Positions 1-13,600 of a stretch of 64,000 bases of DNA are shown here, piece after piece. Position 1 is the stretch's first letter; each line of letters starts with the position of its first letter. Source of the stretch: Felis catus. Its lineage: Eukaryota. Position numbers and translations under genes: made by a program. Location: NCBI RefSeq assembly GCF_018350175.1, contig NC_058381.1:2418001-2482000 (forward strand), given 5' to 3'. A model generated the notes under the pieces. That model worked only from the letters and a program-made list of their open reading frames with translations, did not search any database and was not told where the DNA came from.

Positions 1-129
1 CGATTCATGAGTTCGAGCCCCACATCGTGCTCTGTGCTGTCGGCACCGAACCTGCTTGGGGTTCTCTGTCTTCCTCTCTCTCTGCCCCTCCTCCTGCAAA
101 TAACTAAATGAACTTTAAAAAAAAAAAAA

Positions 130-1310
130 ACAATCCCAGATGGATGGAAAACTGAAATGTCAAAAGAAAAAGTTTAAATTTGTAGTTAAAATAGACTATG
201 TTTTTCTGAGGTTGGGCTAGGGAAACTTTTATTAAATATGACACACAAAAAGTGCAAACTAATACAAAAATACATTCGAAGAAATTGAAATTAAGGGGGC
301 ACTTGGCTGGATCAGTCAGTAGAACATGCACCTCTCAATCTCAGGTTGTGGGTTTGAGCCCCATGTTGGGTGCAGAGATCACTTTTAGAAAAATTAGAAT
401 CAAGAACATCTGTTCATCAAAAGATGCCATGAGGAAAGTGAATAAATAAGTTGCAAAGCTGGGGAAAGAGGTTTGCAACCCATACAACTGACAAAGTATA
501 CATTAAAAACTTCTAAAAATGGGGTGCCTGGGTGGCTCAGTTGGTTAAGCGTCCGACTTCAGCTGAGGTCATGATCTCATGGTTCGTGGGTTCCAGCCCC
601 GCGTCAGGCTCGGTGCTGACAGCTCGGATAAAAATTATTCACTTTTAGAAGTGAATAAGGAAAGAACTAATCACCCGATAGAAACAATGGACAAAAACAC
701 AGATCTCACCACTTCAGAGATAAGCCACAAACAATGAGATGTTCAGCTTTCTCTGTAAGTAGGGAATTCAAATCAAAATTGTAGTTAGATACTATTTTAC
801 ATCCAACTGACTGGCAGAATAAGGAATTTTGCAAAATAGCGAGTATCGAGGGGATAAGGATCAAGAGGGTGGGTCCCGCTCAAGGGAGGAAGTGTAAATT
901 TGTTTGGAAAAGTTTGACGTCACTTCGCAAAGTTGGACGTTATCCACCCTCGGACCTCGGATTCCAATCCTAACTCTGTGCTCAGAGTTCATCTGAGCAC
1001 CAGGAAGCATGTATAAACACGTTCACGACAGCAGCGTTTATAATGGCAAACACATGAGAACAACTCAAGTGCCTACAGGCAGGAGAACGAATATGTACAT
1101 CATGGCGTAATCGCCAAATGGAATATTATACAGTCATTTGAACCACGACAACATGGTTGAATCTTAGACATCGAATATTAAACGAAAAAAAAAAATCTCA
1201 GAAGATACTGTTTTTATTTATTTTTATTTTTGATAGCGTTTTTATAAAGCTAATAGTTAACTAAAATTAAGCAATATTTTAGCACCACGCACGTATGTGA
1301 TACACGCAAG
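130..1310 (+). mobile_element. Old L1 (L1ME-like) ORF2-end/3'UTR fragment, interrupted by SINEs; resumes after ~2830
   Basis: A-rich, degenerate L1 3' motifs (aaatggaatattatacagtc..., caagattcaggatggtgatcac after the nested insertion). Family assigned from recall. Confidence 0.6.
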
Positions 1311-1324
1311 AGACAGCCACGCCA

Positions 1325-2825
1325 AGTGATGTCAACGAGTTGGCAGAAGAGGGGTTACCTACATCATCCCGGCACAGAATATTGATTTTGGAAACCAGCC
1401 AGGGATGAGAGTATCTTTGTGGGAGTCCAGGAGTCCAGCGAAGTTCCAGCACCCTGTTGGAAGAAAACATTTGAGACACGCTGAAATGGATAAGATGATC
1501 AGTTTCACGTTCCCTCATGGCGCCTTCCCGAAGGCAGCACAGCCCAGCGCGGAGAGAGACCCTCCCACCCCAGCCCGCGATGTCTCCCAGGGGCTAAGGC
1601 GAACGCATGGTGAGCGGGTACCCAGTTCCCTCAGCGGTGCAGGACACTGCCCAAGGGACACTCTACTTCCCCACCCCTCCCGCAATCCTGAGGTATTGGC
1701 AGGAGAAGGGGGGGGAGAGGCCGAGAGCACAGCAACCGAGGCTCAGAAGTCAGCAAAGGGCTGCCAACCTCAGAGTGTTCAAGGCATCCGTCGGGAGGCC
1801 TGTCCCCACGCCGCTTAGAACAGGTGTACGAAAAGACGCTCAACGTCACTGAACCTGAGGGAGATGCTGACCGAAGCTACGACGAGGCATCATTTCACAC
1901 TTGTTAGGATGGCTACTATCAAAACCGCAAAAGGTATGAAGTGCGGACAACAGCGTGGAGCAAGGCCGACCTGGTGTGCGTTTGGTGGGAAGGTAAATTG
2001 CTTACAGCTGCCGTGGAAAACAGTCTAGCGTTTCCTCAAAAACTTCAAAATAGAACCACTGTATGATCCGGCACTCGTGATTCTGGGTATATACCCAAAG
2101 GAAATGAAATCACACTCTCGAAAATGTAGCCGCACCCCCATCTTTACGGCGGCATTATTCACGATCGCCAAGGCGGGGAAGTGGACCAAATGTCCATTGA
2201 TGGATGAATGGATAAAGGAAATGGGGTGCGTATATACAATGGCGTATTCTTCAGCCTCACAAAGGAAGGATACCCTGCCATTTGCAACAGCGTGGATGGG
2301 ACTAGAGGACGCAATGCTAAGAGAAGCCAGTTGCAGAAAGGTAAAAGCGACACGATCTCACTCCCATGTGGCATCTTAAAAAGGTGAATGGTGGTGGCCA
2401 GGGGCTGGGAGAAGGGGGAAATGGGAACAGGTTGGTCACTTACAGTTATGAGATGAACAAATTCTGGAGACCTGATGTACAACACGGGGACTAGAGTTGA
2501 TAACGATGTATTGTGTGCTTGAAATTTGCCAAGGGAACAGATTTCGCCTGTTGTCACCACACACACGTGAGGTGATGGATCTGTTAATTGGCTTGATGGG
2601 GTAATCATTTCGCAGCCTATACATATATCAAATTATTGTGTTGTGCACGTTAAAAATTTTGTTTTGTTTATTTATTTAAGTACCTCCATACTCAACGTGG
2701 GGCTCAAACTCATGACCTCTGAGATCAAAAGCCCCATGCTCTTCTGACTGAGCCAGCCCGGTGCCCCCATGCTGTATATCTTCAATATATATAATTTAAT
2801 CTGTCGATCATACTTTAATAAAGGC
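1325..2825 (+). mobile_element. L1MA-like element: 5'UTR joined directly to ORF2 C-terminus and 3'UTR
   Basis: ORF 2077-2379 gives L1 ORF2 C-terminal motifs (LGIYPKEMKS, AALFTIAK, KCP..DEWIK). L1MA-type 3'UTR ends in AATAAA ~2817. 5' part resembles an L1M 5' end. Confidence 0.7.
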
Positions 2826-3479
2826 GGGGGAGCAAGAAAGAGTTAATGCAAGATTCAGGATGGTGATCACTGTATGTTGGGGCTGTCAGGGAAGCTGGTT
2901 GGTGAGAGGCACATAGGTAGACACGAGTTATAATCAGTGTTTTCTTATTTTTTACTTATTTTTAATTTATTTTTATTTTTATTTTTTAATTTTTTTTTTA
3001 ACATTTATTTATTTTTGAGACAGAGAGAGACAGAGCATGAACGGGGGAGGGGCAGAGAGAGAGGGAGACACAGAATCGGAAGCAGGTTCCAGGCTCTGAG
3101 CCGTCAGCCCAGAGCCTGACGCGGGGCTTGAACTCACGGACCTCGAGATCGTGACCTGAGCCGAAGTCGGACGCACAACCGACTGAGCCACCCAGGCGCC
3201 CCTATTTTTAATTTTTTAAATGTGTATTTATTTATTTTTTTTTTTTGAGAGTGACAGAGTGAGAGTGGGGGAGGGGCAGAGAGCGAGGGAGAGAGAGAAT
3301 CCCAAGCAGGTTCTGAGCTGTCAGCACAAAGCCAACACGGAGCTCGAACCCACAAACTGTTGAGATCATGACCCGAGCCGAAGTCAGGCGCTCAACCTAC
3401 TGAGCCACTCAGGCTTCCCTTAAAAAGAAAAGCTTTAAAAAAAAGAAAAAAGAAAAAAAGAGACTGGAGAAACATTCTT

Positions 3480-5292
3480 TTTAAGATCTGGAATGAGACA
3501 AGTGTGGCCTCTGTTGCCTTCATTCTCCAAGAAAAAAGCCTGCTCAGACTCCTTCGTGACCTTTATGTGAATTGCGCGACAGAGACACCAGAATGCCAGA
3601 CTCCCACAAACCCTAAATGCCTCCTCTGCTGGCAAGTTCTGAAAAAGATCCCATTTGTGAAAGGCAGGAAAGGACATTGGGAACTTGAGAAGCAGAAGGG
3701 TGACTTCGGGAAGAAGCCACGCCCCCTGCCAAGCAGGCCTCTGCCGGGTTCCCACGGAAGGCACCAAAAATGTGATCTTGTCTACTCTGTGTCCAAATTT
3801 CCAAAATTGCAACATCAGACGCGAATCCTTTTTGGAAGCAGAGAAAGAGAGCCAGGGTTCCGAGTGGCGGCCGCAGTTTTACATTTTCCTCTCTGCCGTA
3901 TCTGAGTCTATCTTCATACTGTGTTTTGACTTTTAGTACGGCTTGTAAATTTTTGTCCGCAAGCCAGACAGCAGGCACGGGGTGAAAGAGACGGCTATAA
4001 ATAGACCTTTAGTGATGCGGCCGCCAGGGGTGGGGGAGGGGAGCCCTGTTAGCGAGCCTGGGTTCCCTGGGCTGTAAGCTTCACAGGTGCTTCTCAGTTA
4101 CTGTTTTTAACCGGAGTTTCGTTTGTTCGTTGATTACTTTTTAAGTTTTATTTATTGAAATAATCTCTACGCTCAGCATGAGGCTCCAACTGAGGACCTC
4201 AAATTCAAGAGTCTCTACCCCCTGAGCCAACCGGTCGCCCCAAGTTTGTTTGTTCAAAAAATTGTTTCAATGTTTATTTTTGAGAGACAGAGCACGAGTG
4301 GGGGAGGGGCAGAGAGAGAGAGGGAGACACAGAATCCGAAGCAGGCTCCAGGCCCTGAAGCACGGGGCTTGAACTCACGACCTGGAGATTAAGAGTCGCA
4401 TACTCTAGCCACCCTGGAGCCTAGTTGACCCACATGTATCACACACATTAGTTTCAGGTGCAGCAAGCTTCCAGTTCTTTCTCCCCCTTGGGAGGGCCAG
4501 AACCACCAGGGAGGGCTGGGAGTGGGTACTTCCCTTCTGCCAGGTGAGTTAGGTTGTGATTACATTTCAGTAGGTTAGGCTCTGGTAAAATAGCTTCTCT
4601 GGAGGCCAGGCCTTGGCAAGAAGGACGGAATGTTCCGGATGAATTTCAAAACGGCTACTTTTCCCTCCCTTGCGAGGCGCAGAGGGGGATTTCCTCCCCA
4701 TCTTCACTGTAAGAACCTAGCGGGGCTCTTGGAGGGGGGCTCGAACTCGCTATCCCGAGATCGAGAGTTGAGTTCTCTTCCCACTGAGCTAGCCGGGCAC
4801 CCCTCTCCCTGGGGTTTTTAACTCTCGGACTTGTCTACACTGAGCCCCCAGCAATTCCTCAAGAGCCACTCAGTTGCCCCCCAACCTGATGGAGGTTTCT
4901 GCTCTGGTAAGTTGTAATTCTTTAAAAAAAATTTTTTTTTTTATTATTTATTAGAAAGAGAGAGAGCGAGGGAGGGGCAGAGAGAGAGAGGGAAGCACAG
5001 AATCCGAAACAGATTCCAGTCTCCGAGCTGTCAGCGCAGAGCCCGACTCCGGGCTCGAACTCACACACCGTGAGATCGTGACCTGAGAGCGGAAGTCAGA
5101 CGCAAGTTGTAATTCTTTGTATCTGCCCGTCCATCTCTCCATTTCGAGGTGACAGCAGTTTGCTGCCGTGACCTCAGTTCTCAGATGAGTCTAAGAGTTG
5201 TCGGTGTTTGCTCTGTTCAGCTTTCTACCTGTTAGGCTGGAGTGACAACCCCCAAGCTCCTTAACACGCAGGACGGGAAACTGGAAGTCTCT
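3480..5292 (-). mobile_element. Old L1 (L1MC/MD-like) 5' region, fragmented by SINEs
   Basis: Ends in ggagtgacaacccccaagctccttaacacg...ctggaagtctc, the reverse complement of a typical L1M4-type 5' terminus (recall). Confidence 0.5.
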
Positions 5293-5299
5293 CTCTCTT

Positions 5300-5940
5300 T
5301 TTTTGAATGGCAGCTTTACCGACACGTAACCCGTATCCCATCAACTCTGCCCTTTTGGGGTGTTAAGACTCGGTGATTTTCAGGATATTCACAACGTTGT
5401 GCGACTGTCACCACCAGCCAATTTCAGAACATTTTTATCACCCCAGGAAGAAACTCCAGGGGCAATCGATTCCCTATTCCCCCTTCTCCCAGCCCTAGGC
5501 AACCGCTCTTCCTGTCTCTATGGATTTGCCTGTTCCAGAAGTGTGATATAAGTGGAATCGTAATATGCGGTCTTTTGGGTCTGGTTTCTTTCACGATGTT
5601 CTCAAGGCTCATCTATGTTGTAGCCCACATGAGGACTTCGTCCCTTTTTATGCTCAAATCATACTCCGTTGTAGGGCCCCACCGCGTGTTACGTATCCTT
5701 TCGTCAGTTGATGGACATTTGGGTCGCTTCTACTTTTTGGCGGTTGTGAATAATGCTGCTTTGAACATTCCATGTGCAGACTTTTGTGTAAACATGTTTT
5801 TAATTTCCTCGGATAGACACCGGGGTGTGGAATTGCTGGGTCGTACGGAAGCCTGTAGTTAACATTTTGAGGAACTGTGTTCATTGGCCGTTTTCACATC
5901 TTCTTTAGAGAAATGTCTGTGAAAATCTTTTGCCCATTTT
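5300..5940 (-). mobile_element. L1MB-like 3' fragment
   Basis: Minus-strand ORF 5654-5884 (LPYDPAIP..GVYPRKLKT) plus typical L1MB 3'UTR text. Confidence 0.75.
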
Positions 5941-6394
5941 TTTCTCCTTCCCTTTCCATCTTTTTTAATGTTTGTTTATTTTGAGAAAGAGAGCGAGAGA
6001 GCGTGCGAGCAGGGGAGGGGGAGAGAGAGAGAGAGGGAGATGGAGAATCTCAAGCAGGCTCCGCACAGAGCCCCATGTGGGGCTCGATCCCACAAGTCAT
6101 GACATCATGACTTGAGCCAAATCAAGAGTTGGTCGCTTACCCGACTGAGCCGCCCAGGCACCCCAAATTTTTTTTGTGTTTTGATTTTTCCCTAAGTAAC
6201 CTCTACGCCCAATGGGGGGCTTGAACTCACAACCCCAAGATCAAGAGTTGTGAGTTCAAGCCAGCCCCACATTGGACATACAGCTTACTTAAAAAAAAAA
6301 AAAATCACATGCTGTACCCACTGATCCAGCCACGTGTCCCTGATTTGAAAGAGGAGGACGTAAGGTGAGTGTCTAGTGAAAGCTTGCCCCAGGC

Positions 6395-6606
6395 CAGTGG
6401 TTCTCAGCCAGTGGCGATTCTGCCCTCTTACCCCAAAGGGGTGATTTTTGCCAATGTCTGAAGACATGTGTTTGCTTGTCACGACTGAGGCTGGAGGAGA
6501 GTCTAGTAGGGAGGGGCCCTTGACATCCTACAATGCACAGGACGGCCCCCACAACAAGGAATCATCTGGCCCAAAGAGTCAGTAGTGCCCAGGTTGAGAG
6601 ACTCTG
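6395..6606 (+). mobile_element. MER20 (hAT-Charlie) DNA transposon
   Basis: CAGTGGTTCTCA... TIR and internal catcctacaatgcacaggacggcccccacaacaa matching the recalled MER20 consensus. Confidence 0.85.
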
Positions 6607-7800
6607 GCCTAGTGCAGGGAGCAGCCAGTGCAAGGGGCCTGTGGCTCACGTACCTGGTGGTTGCAAAACTGCTGAGAGCCCGCAGGGCTGGGGGGAGACA
6701 ACAGCAGCCAAGTTGGGAGGGGATGGGCCACCCGACCTAGGGCAGGGAGGCCCTGCGAGGCGCTCTTTGTGACAAGAGGAAGGATCTGAAGTCGGGGAGT
6801 GATGTCATCTCACGGAATGTTTTAGAGGCTTAGCTGGCTGCTGGGTCGGGAACAGGCGGGGAGACAGGGCTGTGTCAGTGGCGGGACAGGAGCCACAGGA
6901 GGCCAATGCTGGGACCCCAGGAGCCAGCCGGCCGCCTGTTTGGAGTCTCCTCTCCCCTGAGGACCTCACCTCGGGCTCCAGAGTTTGAAAAACGCAGCTG
7001 TCAGCTTGGACTTAGCCTTCCCCCCCTCCAGACCTCCAATCCTGCAGGCCCTCGCCTTCAACCCACAGCCCGGCTCTGATCCCTCCCACGTAAGCTCCCA
7101 ACAGCCCAAATACACAAAACTGCGCTTCAACCCCGGAAACTCCGGATGGGGTCCCCTCTCAGTGCAGACCTTCTGCGCCCTTGAATTCCTCTATGATGAA
7201 GGGCCCTGGGGTTCCCGCCATCTCCCAGAAGCATGCGTCCCTTTTGCAAGTAAAACAGAAGGGGAGAATTTTAAATATTTGATCAAAAAACCCAAACAAC
7301 AACAACAAACTGATCAGATCTAGATAACACCCTCCCACCGGCCCAGGGGCGGGGGGGGGGGGGCCCTTTGGCTACCCCCTGCCCCCAATATCTGCCACCT
7401 TCTCCCCTTGGGGTCCAACCGCTGCTTCCCCACCTGCGCCCAGGCTGTCCTCACCGGCCTGTGAGATCTGCACGGCGGACCCCTCCCCCTCCCTGCCTCC
7501 CTCTGCTGGTGGGGGTGGGGGTACTGCTCCCCCCCTTCCAGGCTTTCAGAGCTCCCGGGGGTGCAGGGAGCTCAGCCTGACTCTCCCCGCCCCCCTTGAT
7601 CCTCTCCCTGGGCTTTAAATGCCATGTATTTAAAATATCGCTTCTACCCTCAGCCTGGCTGCAGCCCGGAACACCCGGGGTGCCGGCCAGATCTCGCAGA
7701 GGACAGCGCCTTTGTCTGCAATGCCTTCCTCCCCCGGGGTCCGCGGCTCCCTGTCCGTGCGGCACCCACGTCCACCCAGAGGCCTGAGCCGCCAGAGCCC

Positions 7801-7830
7801 GCCTCCGCCTCCGCCTCCGCCTCCGCCTCC
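7801..7830. repeat. (GCCTCC)5 hexanucleotide repeat within an intergenic CpG-rich island
   Basis: Directly visible. Confidence 0.9.
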
Positions 7831-8350
7831 GGGACGGCGTCCAGGTCGTGCGCTGTGCCGGTTCAGGCCGAATGCGCCTCCAGGCAGCCCACACCCTCCG
7901 TTCCCACCGCCTCCCACTTTGCCTAAACTGCCAGCATTCCCCGCCCGGCCAGCTGCGGGGCCTCTAACCCGGCTGCTTCGCGTGATCTTTGTCGGATCAA
8001 GTCTCCTCCCTCCCGGGCTCCCGGCCGCTTTAATGGTTTCCCTCTGTCCTCGGGGTAAACTCCGAGCTGTTGAGGACGGTCTGAAGGCGGGCAGTTCCCT
8101 CATCGTGACCCCAGGGGGGGGCCTTCATCTGCCATCTGGGGATGCTCTTCCCCACCCCACCCCATATATTATCTAGGTTAACATATTTCTTACTGGTTGT
8201 TGAATTTTTTTTAATTGTAGGGGGCGCATGGGTGGCTGGGTCGGTTGAGTGCCGGACTGGCTTACAGCTCAGGTCACGATCTCACAGTCGGGGAGTTGGT
8301 GAGTTCGAGCCCTGCGTGGGGCTCCGTGATGAGCATGGAACCTGCTTGGG

Positions 8351-8395
<45 letters not shown>

Positions 8396-10411
8396 AAATA
8401 AATTTATAAAATATTTTACATTGTGGTAAGAGATGCATAAGATAAAATTTATCATTGTACCCATTTTTTATCTCAACCATTTAAAAAAAAATTTTAATGT
8501 GTTTTTTTTGTTTGTTTGAGAGAGAGAGAGAGAGAGAGTACAAGCAGGGGAGGGAGACACAGAATCCGAAGCAGGCTCTAGGCTTCGAGCTGGCAGCACA
8601 GGGCCCAACGTGGGGCTTGAACCCGTGAACCCCGAGATCGTGACCTGAGCCGGAGTTGGATGCTCAACCAACTGAGCCACCCGGGCGCCCCCGCCATGCT
8701 GTTTTCTATAGCAGCTGCGCCCTTTTATGTTCCCACCATCAGGGCACAAAGGTCCCACCTTCCCTGCCTCCCTGCCAACACTTTTATCTCGTGGGTCTTT
8801 TGTAGGTTCCCAATGGGTGTGAGGCGGTATCTCACTGTGGTTTTGATTTGCATTTTCCTAATGACTAGAAACCATTGCCAAGCTTTTTCCCTGGTGTGTT
8901 TTCTTCCAACAGTTTTAGAGTCGTAGCTGGGAAGGTTCACAAACTTCTCTCTCCCTGGCTAATCCCAATTCCAGTTTTGCTGCGTGACGAATTTCCTTCC
9001 CGGGAGGCCATGTTGCCACTTGCCCTGTGACATTTTCTCATGGCCCACACAGTACATCCTTCCCTTCGTGGCCCTTTGCACGAGTGTGCTGAGGTTTTTT
9101 TCATTGGCGGGCATTTATGGTCTTGAAGATAGGAGTCTCTTGTTCTCGACAACCAACACCCAGTACGGCACCTGCTACCTCCCGGGTACATCTGTGTTGA
9201 GTGAATGGACGGCTGAATGAATGCATGAGTCGAGTCAATGGGACAGACAACCACAGGGGGAGGGCAAAGTCTGTGGTCAGAAAGAGGAGAAATGTGAGCT
9301 AAGCCTTGAAGACCAGGAAAGGTTTGGAAAGAAAAGAAGTTTGGGAAGGGCTTCTGGCCGGAGGGAACAGCACAGCCACGGAGATGACAATGAGCAAGGC
9401 CATCTGACGTCAATAGGTGGCCAGCCTGGCAGGAGCAGGGCGAAGGGGGCTGGGCGGTCCCGCCTGCCCTGGGCACCTGAGTCTGACCAGAGGGATGAGG
9501 GGAGCCAGCGAGGGGTCAGATCCACCCTGGGACAGACTAACATGCTGCTTCTTGGGGCGCCTGGGTGGCTCAGTCAGTTGAGCCTCCGACTTCCGCTCAG
9601 GTCCTGATCTCACAGTTCATGAGTTCGAGCCCCGCCTCGGGCTCTGTGCTGATGGCTCAGAGCCTGGAGCCTGCTTCGGATCCTGTGTGTCTCTCTCTCT
9701 CTGTTCCTCTCCTACTCATGCTCTGTCTCACTCTCTCTCAAAAGTAAATAAATAAGCCAACAAATTTTTGTCAAATGCTGCTTCTGGAAGATTCTCTGGC
9801 AGCAGGGTGCAGGATGGCTGTGAGTGGGGGAGGAGCTGGAGATACAGAGGCCAGCATGGAAACCCCTGCTCCTTTGAAACCTTTTCCGCACTGAGAACCA
9901 AGCTCGCTTCTCTTTCTTTTTTTTCTTTTCCTTGCCTTTCTTCTCTCTTTTCTTTCCTTTTCTCTTTTCTTTCCTTTTCCGTTTCCTTTCCTTTTCTCTC
10001 TTAATGTTTATATTTGAGAGAGAGAGAGAGAGAGAAAGGCAGTGCATGAGTGGGGGGTGGGGGGAGAGAGAGACACAGAATCCGAAGCAGCTCCAGGCTC
10101 TGAGCCGTCAGCACAGAGCCTGACGTGGGGCTCGAACCCTCGAACCCACGAGCCCTGAGATGACCTGAGCCGAAGTCGCCCAACCGACTGAGCCCCCCAG
10201 GCGCCCCCCCAAACCTGTTCCTTCAGCGCTGTGGCCTTTCAAGCTTTTGCAGACCTCTTTGCTGGTTCTGTCCCTGTCGCCTGCCGCCCCCCCCGCACCC
10301 TCCAGTGGGATGCGTCGCGGGCCCGGAACGACAGGTCAGGTGGATGCATGCTTTAACACAGGGGTTTTTTCAGCTCCCTGCAAAACGGGGCCTGTCCTTC
10401 TGTGGCACTTT

Positions 10412-10673
10412 AAGAGAGATGCCTGGGGGCGCCTGGGTGGCGCAGTCGGTTAAGCGTCCGACTTCAGCCAGGTCACGATCTCGCGGTCCATGAGTTCGAG
10501 CCCCGCGTCGGGCTCTGGGCTGATGGCTCAGAGCCTGGAGCCTGTTTCTGATTCTGTGTCTCCCTCTCTCTCTGCCCCTCCCCCGTTCATGCTCTGTGTC
10601 TCTCTGTCCCAAAAATAAATAAATGTTGAAAAAAAAAATTAAAAAAAAAAAAAAAAAAAAAGAGAGATGCCTG
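10412..10673 (+). mobile_element. Young SINEC_Fc-type CAN-SINE with TSD aagagagatgcctg
   Basis: tRNA-like head with A/B boxes, (CT) region, long poly(A), perfect TSD. Confidence 0.92.
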
Positions 10674-13600
10674 AAAGGTTTCCTCAGAATAAAGCCTGGC
10701 CGGGCAGGCTACCATTTCCTGTGCGTGAAAACCGTTCGAGCAAATTGCCTCTTACATCTCCTTGCATGCGAGGGAGGGCTCAGCAAATGACTGTTAGCGG
10801 GAACAGCGCCTCACGAATTGGCTGACTAGCCCAAGCATGACTCAAGAACATAAGAATAGAAGCAAACCTCAGCGTCCGGCAAAAGCCCGGGGACAACGCT
10901 GCCATCGGTGTGGACATTTGGTGTTCAATGGCGGCCCAAGGTCTAATCGCCACGTCTGGGGCATTAGGAGATGGAGCTTTGCACCCTCGCTGGAGGCCTC
11001 AAAGCCAGAGATTTGCTCTCCCAGCATCCCTTGCAGCTGACCGGGGGGGGGGGGGGGGGGGGCGGGGGGGGGGTGGGGGCACATGGCATCATCCGTCTTG
11101 GGGCCAGTGGCGCCCTCCAGAGTCTGGGGCCAGCGGTGCTGGCCTTCCTGACTGTGTGTCTGTCCTGCCGGGCCTGTGGTAGGTGTGTCCTCATCAGGGC
11201 AGATCGGCAGTGAGCTTTGGCCCCTGTCCATGCTGCAGGTTTCTTATCCGGCCTTTCTGGTGGTTCCAGAAGCTACCTCTGGCCTTCCAGTAAACTCCTT
11301 TCCTCCTGAAGATTACCGGGGTGCTTTTGAATTGTAAAAACTCTCATGGTTCCAGCACAGACAAGAACTTGAACGTGAAAAAAAAAAAAAAAAAAAAACT
11401 TGAACTCGAGCTGGAGGCTTTTAGTCCTGCTGGTTTGAGGGCCATGCATCGGTTTAGGGCCTAGACTCCATCCAGGGGCCCCCTCCAGTGGAGCGTGAGC
11501 AGGACCCCGAAGCTGCAGGGACAGGCAGAGAAAGCCTCACCAGCAGCACCTCCTGAAACGCGAATTTTCCTTCCAGCCACGCAGAATCAGAAACCCTGGG
11601 GAGAAGGCCCGGCAGCTGGTGTTTTCACAGGCCCTCTAGTGATGCACATGCCCCCCAAAATGTGCCCTAGCGCCTCAAGGAGGAGCCGCGTGCTCTAGAA
11701 AAAGCAACAGACACAAATCAGAGACCTTCGGGGCGCCTGGTGGCTCAGTGGTTAAGCATCAGATCCTGGCTCAGATCATGATCTCGTGGTTCATGGGTTC
11801 GAGCTCCCGATAGAGTTCGGCACTGACGGTGCAGAGCCTGCTTGGGATTCTCCCTCGGCCTCTCCCCGACTGGCAGGCCCTCTCTCTCTCTCTCAAAATA
11901 AATAAACTTAAAAAAAAAAAATCAGGGACCCATTTCTAGCCCTTGACTCATTGGCCTTGTACATGTTTGCCTTACCTCTGAATCTACTCTTTCATCTGTA
12001 CAATGGGCATCATGTTTTTCCAAGGATTAAATTAAATAATACTGGGGCGCCTGGGTGGCTCAGTCGGTTGAGTGACCAGTTCAGGTCGTGACCTCGCAGT
12101 TCGTGGGTTCGAGACCCGCATCGGGATCTGTGCTGATGGCTCAGAGCCTGGAACCTGCTTCGGATTCTGTGTCTCCTGCTGATGGCTCAGTGTCTCCCCC
12201 TCTCTCTGCGCCTCCTCTCCTCTGTCTCTTTCAAAAATAAATAAATATCAAAAAAAATTTTTTAATTAAATAATACTGTATCCATACAGTGCCCGGCACT
12301 CGGCAGAGGCCCAGCGAACGTCAGCCGTCGCCGTTAAGACTGCTTGGAATCCATCCCATTAGTACACAGCCGTGCAGATTTGGGCCAGGCCTCCAGCTTT
12401 TCAGCCTCATTTTATTTTTTATTCTGTAACACGCAGATAACAGCCCTCACCTCCCAGCCCTGTTTGGAAGGCTCAAGGAAGATAAAATAAGAAAGCAGTG
12501 TTTTATCTAAGCTAAAATGTACAACTGTGGAACAGGAAGTAAAACACGAAAGTTAAAAAATATCCAGCCTATGCGTGCCCGGCCGGCTCGGTCAGGACAG
12601 CGTGTGACTCTTGATCTCGAGGTTGTGTGTTTGAGCCCCACGCTGGTGTGGGGCCTACTTCAAAAAAAAAAAAAAAAAAAGGGAAAAGCAAAAAAGGAAA
12701 AGAAATATCCCACCTACTAGACACGAGCGCAAGATGAGGTGGGGCTCACTGTGGGCTTGGTGTTTAGCAGCCCCTGGGCTCCTCCCGAGCACGGGAACCG
12801 TGCATTAGACACTGGGGACCAGCAGTGACCTGGCAGATGTGTTCTCTGCCCTTGAGGCTGCTTGTAATTTCACTTTCAACTCCTTCAGACCTGACTAGAC
12901 CGCTTATATTTCTATAATGGAACATTTATATATAGGTATGTACATAAATATGCTCACATACATTTATAACTACAAAACCCTCTTTCTCCATTATATATAT
13001 ACATTTGTCTCTCTCTGTGTTAAATATGTATATGTGTAGGGGCGCCTGGGTGGCTCAGTCGGTTAAGCGTCCAACTCTTTTTTTTTTTTTAATGTTTTAT
13101 TTATTTTTGAGACAGACAGAGCACGAGCAGGGGAGGGGCAGAGAGAGAGAGGGAGACACAGAATCCGAAGCAGCTCCAGGCTCTGAGCTGTCAGCACAGA
13201 GCCCGACGTGGGGCTCGAACTCACGGACCGCGAGATCGTGACCTGAGCCGAAGTCGGACGCTTAGCCGACTGAGCCACCCAGGCACTACTCTTTTTTTTT
13301 TTTCTAAAGGTTTATTTATTTATTTTGAGCGAGAGAGTAAACACGCATGTGTGCAAGTGGGAGAGGGACAGAGAGAGGGAGAGAGAGATAGAGAGAACCC
13401 TAAGCAGGCTCCATGCTCCATGCATGAGCCTGACAAAGGGCTCGATCCCACGACCCTGGGACCACGACCGGAACCAAAATCAGGAGTCGGACACTCAACC
13501 GACCGAGAGCCACCCAGGCACCCCCCTCCCGCCCCATCCCCGCCCCACCCCCAATTCCTTTTCTACCGAAGAAGCTGTTGGTAGCAGTTTCTTGTGTCTC

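Noticed and set aside
11043-11078. Long G homopolymers (also ~7350, ~15340, ~30770) as G-quadruplex elements
   Set aside because: Simple repeats of unreliable length, with no supporting context.
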